From Laetmonice hystrix (lineage: Eukaryota), in assembly GCA_965235115.1 (NCBI GenBank), contig OZ249436.1, forward strand, positions 57,288,001 through 57,352,000: 64,000 bases of DNA, given 5' to 3'. A program made the translations under genes and the position numbers. Every line of letters starts with the position of its first letter. Within the stretch, counting starts at the first letter, position 1. The notes beneath the pieces were generated by a model. That model was not told the DNA's origin. It worked only from the letters and a program-made list of their open reading frames with translations, and ran no database searches. Positions 63,583 to 64,000 of the stretch are shown in pieces.

Positions 63583-64000
63583 ATGCCATCCTCTCAGTAC
63601 CCGAGTGGTAGGACTGGTACGTCCAGGTTCATAAAGTTGTTTGAGGGTTGTAGCACCAGAGACGGTGTTTGTATAACAGGATGAAGAGACCACCAGACAG
63701 ACCATAATCGATGCCAGGTGATGTGGCAGGCTTCACTCGGTTCTTTAACACACAAGAACAGTACTGGTCTGACAGTACAGGGGGTGGGAATCTGTAAATG
63801 ATCTCAGTTTGGAGTGTATCCTGTGGTTGGTCATACCGTATAGGTATACGCCATACGTAACTGGTAGTTAGGACCAGAATACCTCATTATTGTAAACATA
63901 TTGCTCAGAAAAAATGCCAGTTGTACCCGAATTTGTGCCTTGAGTTTTTTTTATTAATAAGGCGATTGGTTAAAACGGTTAATAGCATGGTGATCAGCAT

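Noticed and set aside
1-64000. Strict minus-strand orientation of all L1/Tx1 relics as evidence of a flamenco-like cluster
   Set aside because: A plus-strand relic (27600-32330) breaks it and 6:1 is not significant; kept only as a low-weight hypothesis.

Overview
Eukaryotic, intron-like or intergenic DNA with roughly 40-43% GC by eye. Frequent TAGGCCTA, poly-G/C tracts and X-box motifs suggest a marine invertebrate deuterostome, possibly an echinoderm (inference only). I found no intact multi-exon protein gene, rRNA, tRNA or CRISPR array, and most six-frame ORFs are chance ORFs or repeat artefacts. The window is mostly decayed transposable elements: about seven L1/Tx1-like relics, plus probable piggyBac-, RTE- and ISL2EU/Kolobok-like relics. 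These family calls come from manual motif reading across stops and frameshifts and are tentative. Structurally crisp items are: (i) a 2.18-kb non-autonomous TIR element (2406-4586) with a perfect 22-bp TIR, TAC...GTA ends, a 6-bp TSD (IS3EU-type signature) and three heptamer arrays; (ii) two clean MITEs (28163-28400, 63451-63582); (iii) two minisatellites and several tandem duplications. The most interesting non-TE signal is a possible plus-strand host transcription unit with very long introns: a GC-rich candidate first exon behind an RFX X-box (21115-21569), and two junctions where a polypyrimidine-CAG acceptor is followed directly by GTATGT (11768/11769, 39948/39949), which resemble recursive-splicing sites.
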